59,443 nucleotides of DNA from Minisyncoccota bacterium. Its GTDB lineage: Bacteria > Patescibacteriota > Minisyncoccia > Phycocordibacterales > UBA9973. The stretch covers positions 232,617-292,059 of the forward strand of contig JBDSNU010000018.1 in NCBI GenBank assembly GCA_039915165.1, given 5' to 3'. How positions within the stretch are numbered: the stretch's first letter is position 1; each line of letters begins with the position of its first letter. Both the position numbers and the translations under genes were made by a program. This document shows, one piece after another, positions 57,552-59,443 of the stretch. The notes beneath the pieces were generated by a model, which did not search any database, was not told where the DNA came from, and saw only the letters and a list, made by a program, of their open reading frames with translations.

Positions 57552-59255
57552 ATGGTTTCAAAAATAATTAAATTCTTGAACCGTGATCTATTCACCATGA
57601 ACCAGGCCGCCCTGGTTCTTGCTGTTTTCTCCTTTCTTTCGCAAGTATGTGGTTTATTGCGTGATCACTTATTGGCTGCATTAGTTGGACCATCGGTAAA
57701 CCTTGATACGTATTACAGTGCCTTTCGTGTGCCAGATTTTGTTTATAACTCATTTGGTATTTTGTTTTCAGTCACAGTACTGATTCCATTTATTGCCCAA
57801 TATGTTGAACAGGAAAAACAAGATGGTCATAATGGTGCTTTTCGACGTTTCCTCGACAGTATATTCAGTGTCTATATGATTGGTATGACAGTTCTGTCAC
57901 TGGTATTGATTGTGATAATGCCATGGCTGACACGGTTGGTTGCACCAGGGTTTAGTGGAATTGAGCAAGTACATTTGGTGTTGTATTCTCGCATCATGCT
58001 GATCTCGCCATTTTTATTTGGTATTTCCAGTTTGTTAAGTTCATTTGCGCAGGTACAAAAAAAGTTTTTTGCATTTGCTATTGCGCCACTGCTTTATAAT
58101 GCCGGCATATTAATTGGTATCATATTCTTGCGTCCAATCTTTGGAATGCTTGGCGTTGTTCTTGGAGTAGCCATTGGTGCTATATTGTATTTTGCTATAC
58201 AAGTACCAACATTGATTAAGCTTGGTAAATTGCCACGATTCAATCTCAAAATTGATTGGAGTACCATCAAGCGCGTCATGTTATTGTCATTACCTCGTAC
58301 GCTTAGTTCATCATTAAATAACATTACCTTTATTATAATTGGTGCCATCGCCTCATTACTTACAGCAGGCTCAATTTCGATTTTTCAGTTTTCATATAAT
58401 ATAGAAAATACACCGCTGTTAATCATCGGTGTGTCATATGCCGTCGCTGCATTTCCAACTATGACTCGCATGTTTGCTGCAGGGGAGAAAAAAGAATTAC
58501 TAGATGTATTGCACCGCACTACGCGCAATATATTTTTCTTTTGCGTGCCGGCGTCATTATTAATGATTGTATTGCGTGCACATATAGTTCGGTTACTACT
58601 AGGAGCAGGAGTATTCTCATGGAATGATACTCGTTTAGTGGCAGCATCTGTAGCATTGTTCTCTATTTCAATCGTTGCACAATGTTTAGAACTATTATTG
58701 GTGAGAGCATTCTTCGCTACAGGTAATACCAAAACACCATTGATTATTAATAGCTGGTCAACATTGGTTACCCTAGGCTCTGTTGTAGGGTTATTGGCCC
58801 TACATCGTTACAGTGTGTTTTTTGGTGATTTCTTGAATGATCTATTGCGTATTGATGGTACAACCGGATCAAGTGTAGTGCTGTTAGCATTAGGATTTTC
58901 AATCGGAGAAACTATCAACGCGTATGCATTATGGATAGCATTTAAAAAGAAAATGCCTGGTTTGAAATCAGATAATATACTCTTAACAAAAAGTATTACA
59001 CACATGCTTGCTGCTGGTATTATCGGAGCAACTGCGGCATACGGTACATTAGTACTGACTGGAGGAGATATACTGCAGACACATTTTTTTGGTATTTTAA
59101 TACAAACTATAATCGCTACTGCAGTGGGGGCTGCGATGTATGGTATTGTTTTACGAGCTTTACGAAATGAAGACATCACATTGTTTATTGAAACAGCTCG
59201 TTCTCGTTTCTGGAAACAGCGCCCAATCATTGTTCAGGAAGAACAAGAACTCTAA
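57552..59255 (+). CDS. murJ: Lipid II flippase MurJ (MviN)
   Basis: SQVCGLLRD, DTYYSAFRVPD, FAIAPLLYNAG, RAFFATGNTKTP. Confidence 0.9.
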   Translation: MVSKIIKFLNRDLFTMNQAALVLAVFSFLSQVCGLLRDHLLAALVGPSVNLDTYYSAFRVPDFVYNSFGILFSVTVLIPFIAQYVEQEKQDGHNGAFRRFLDSIFSVYMIGMTVLSLVLIVIMPWLTRLVAPGFSGIEQVHLVLYSRIMLISPFLFGISSLLSSFAQVQKKFFAFAIAPLLYNAGILIGIIFLRPIFGMLGVVLGVAIGAILYFAIQVPTLIKLGKLPRFNLKIDWSTIKRVMLLSLPRTLSSSLNNITFIIIGAIASLLTAGSISIFQFSYNIENTPLLIIGVSYAVAAFPTMTRMFAAGEKKELLDVLHRTTRNIFFFCVPASLLMIVLRAHIVRLLLGAGVFSWNDTRLVAASVALFSISIVAQCLELLLVRAFFATGNTKTPLIINSWSTLVTLGSVVGLLALHRYSVFFGDFLNDLLRIDGTTGSSVVLLALGFSIGETINAYALWIAFKKKMPGLKSDNILLTKSITHMLAAGIIGATAAYGTLVLTGGDILQTHFFGILIQTIIATAVGAAMYGIVLRALRNEDITLFIETARSRFWKQRPIIVQEEQEL

Positions 59256-59296
59256 CTTATTTTAATATTTAGCTTTTTATTGTTATAATAAAAACA

Positions 59297-59443
59297 ATGA
59301 ATCACTTTGTTCGAGCACACAAAACCTTCCTGCTCTCAATAGGTTTTTTAGTTGCATTTGCTGTGACTGTTTCTTATGCGACACCTCCTTCATCTCCCTA
59401 TTCCGCCGGCGCAACACTTGATCCACAGTGTGCACCTGGCTCA
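59297..59443 (+). CDS. N-terminus of an exported surface protein; truncated by the window end
   Basis: MNHFVRAHKTFLLSIGFLVAFAVTVSYA signal peptide followed by PYSAGATLDPQCAPG; TGt-TATAAT lies 7 nt upstream. Confidence 0.7.
   Translation, partial: MNHFVRAHKTFLLSIGFLVAFAVTVSYATPPSSPYSAGATLDPQCAPGS

Noticed and set aside
1-59443. Most short ORFs in the six-frame track that overlap major genes (e.g. 395-739, 15061-15456, 35514-36086, 43411-43824, 48961-49404)
   Set aside because: They are antisense or off-frame shadows of well-supported genes and have no recognisable motifs or expression signals.
1-59443. Alternative genetic code 25 (TGA = Gly), as used by Gracilibacteria and Absconditabacteria
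   Set aside because: Long conserved genes are intact under the standard code, and dnaG and uvrC end at TGA at plausible positions.

Overview
The window is chromosomal DNA from a Patescibacteria (CPR) bacterium, most likely Parcubacteria; this is inferred from gene content, protein style and gene order. It uses the standard genetic code and shows no prophage, CRISPR array or transposase. The backbone is housekeeping genes: mutY-like, rnj, secG, rnr, rpsP-khpA-trmD, rpoB-rpoC-dnaG-rpoD, a GtrA/GT-C/GT2 glycosylation cluster, tRNA-Thr, rpsB-tsf, proS-mreB-mreC, tgt, uvrB/A/C, ddl-like, leuS and murJ. AT-rich orphan genes are interleaved, and large surface-protein genes are cut by both window ends. 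The strongest candidate for an undescribed system is a unit that occurs twice (2585-3128 and 14005-14588). In each copy a BECR/RelE-like small gene ends directly on a bidirectional terminator, tail-to-tail with a separately promoted 62-81 nt structured RNA carrying a GUAA-tetraloop hairpin. Other notable signals are an unexplained ~330-nt structured transcript with a near-consensus promoter and terminator (8051-8445), short REP-like palindromes inserted in frame in mutY, trmD, dnaG, tgt, uvrB and leuS, widespread apparent leaderless genes, orphan cassettes sharing a near-identical promoter, and unusual active-site residues in RpoB, Ddl, MutY and Tgt. All family assignments are by eye from motifs; no database search or folding program was run.
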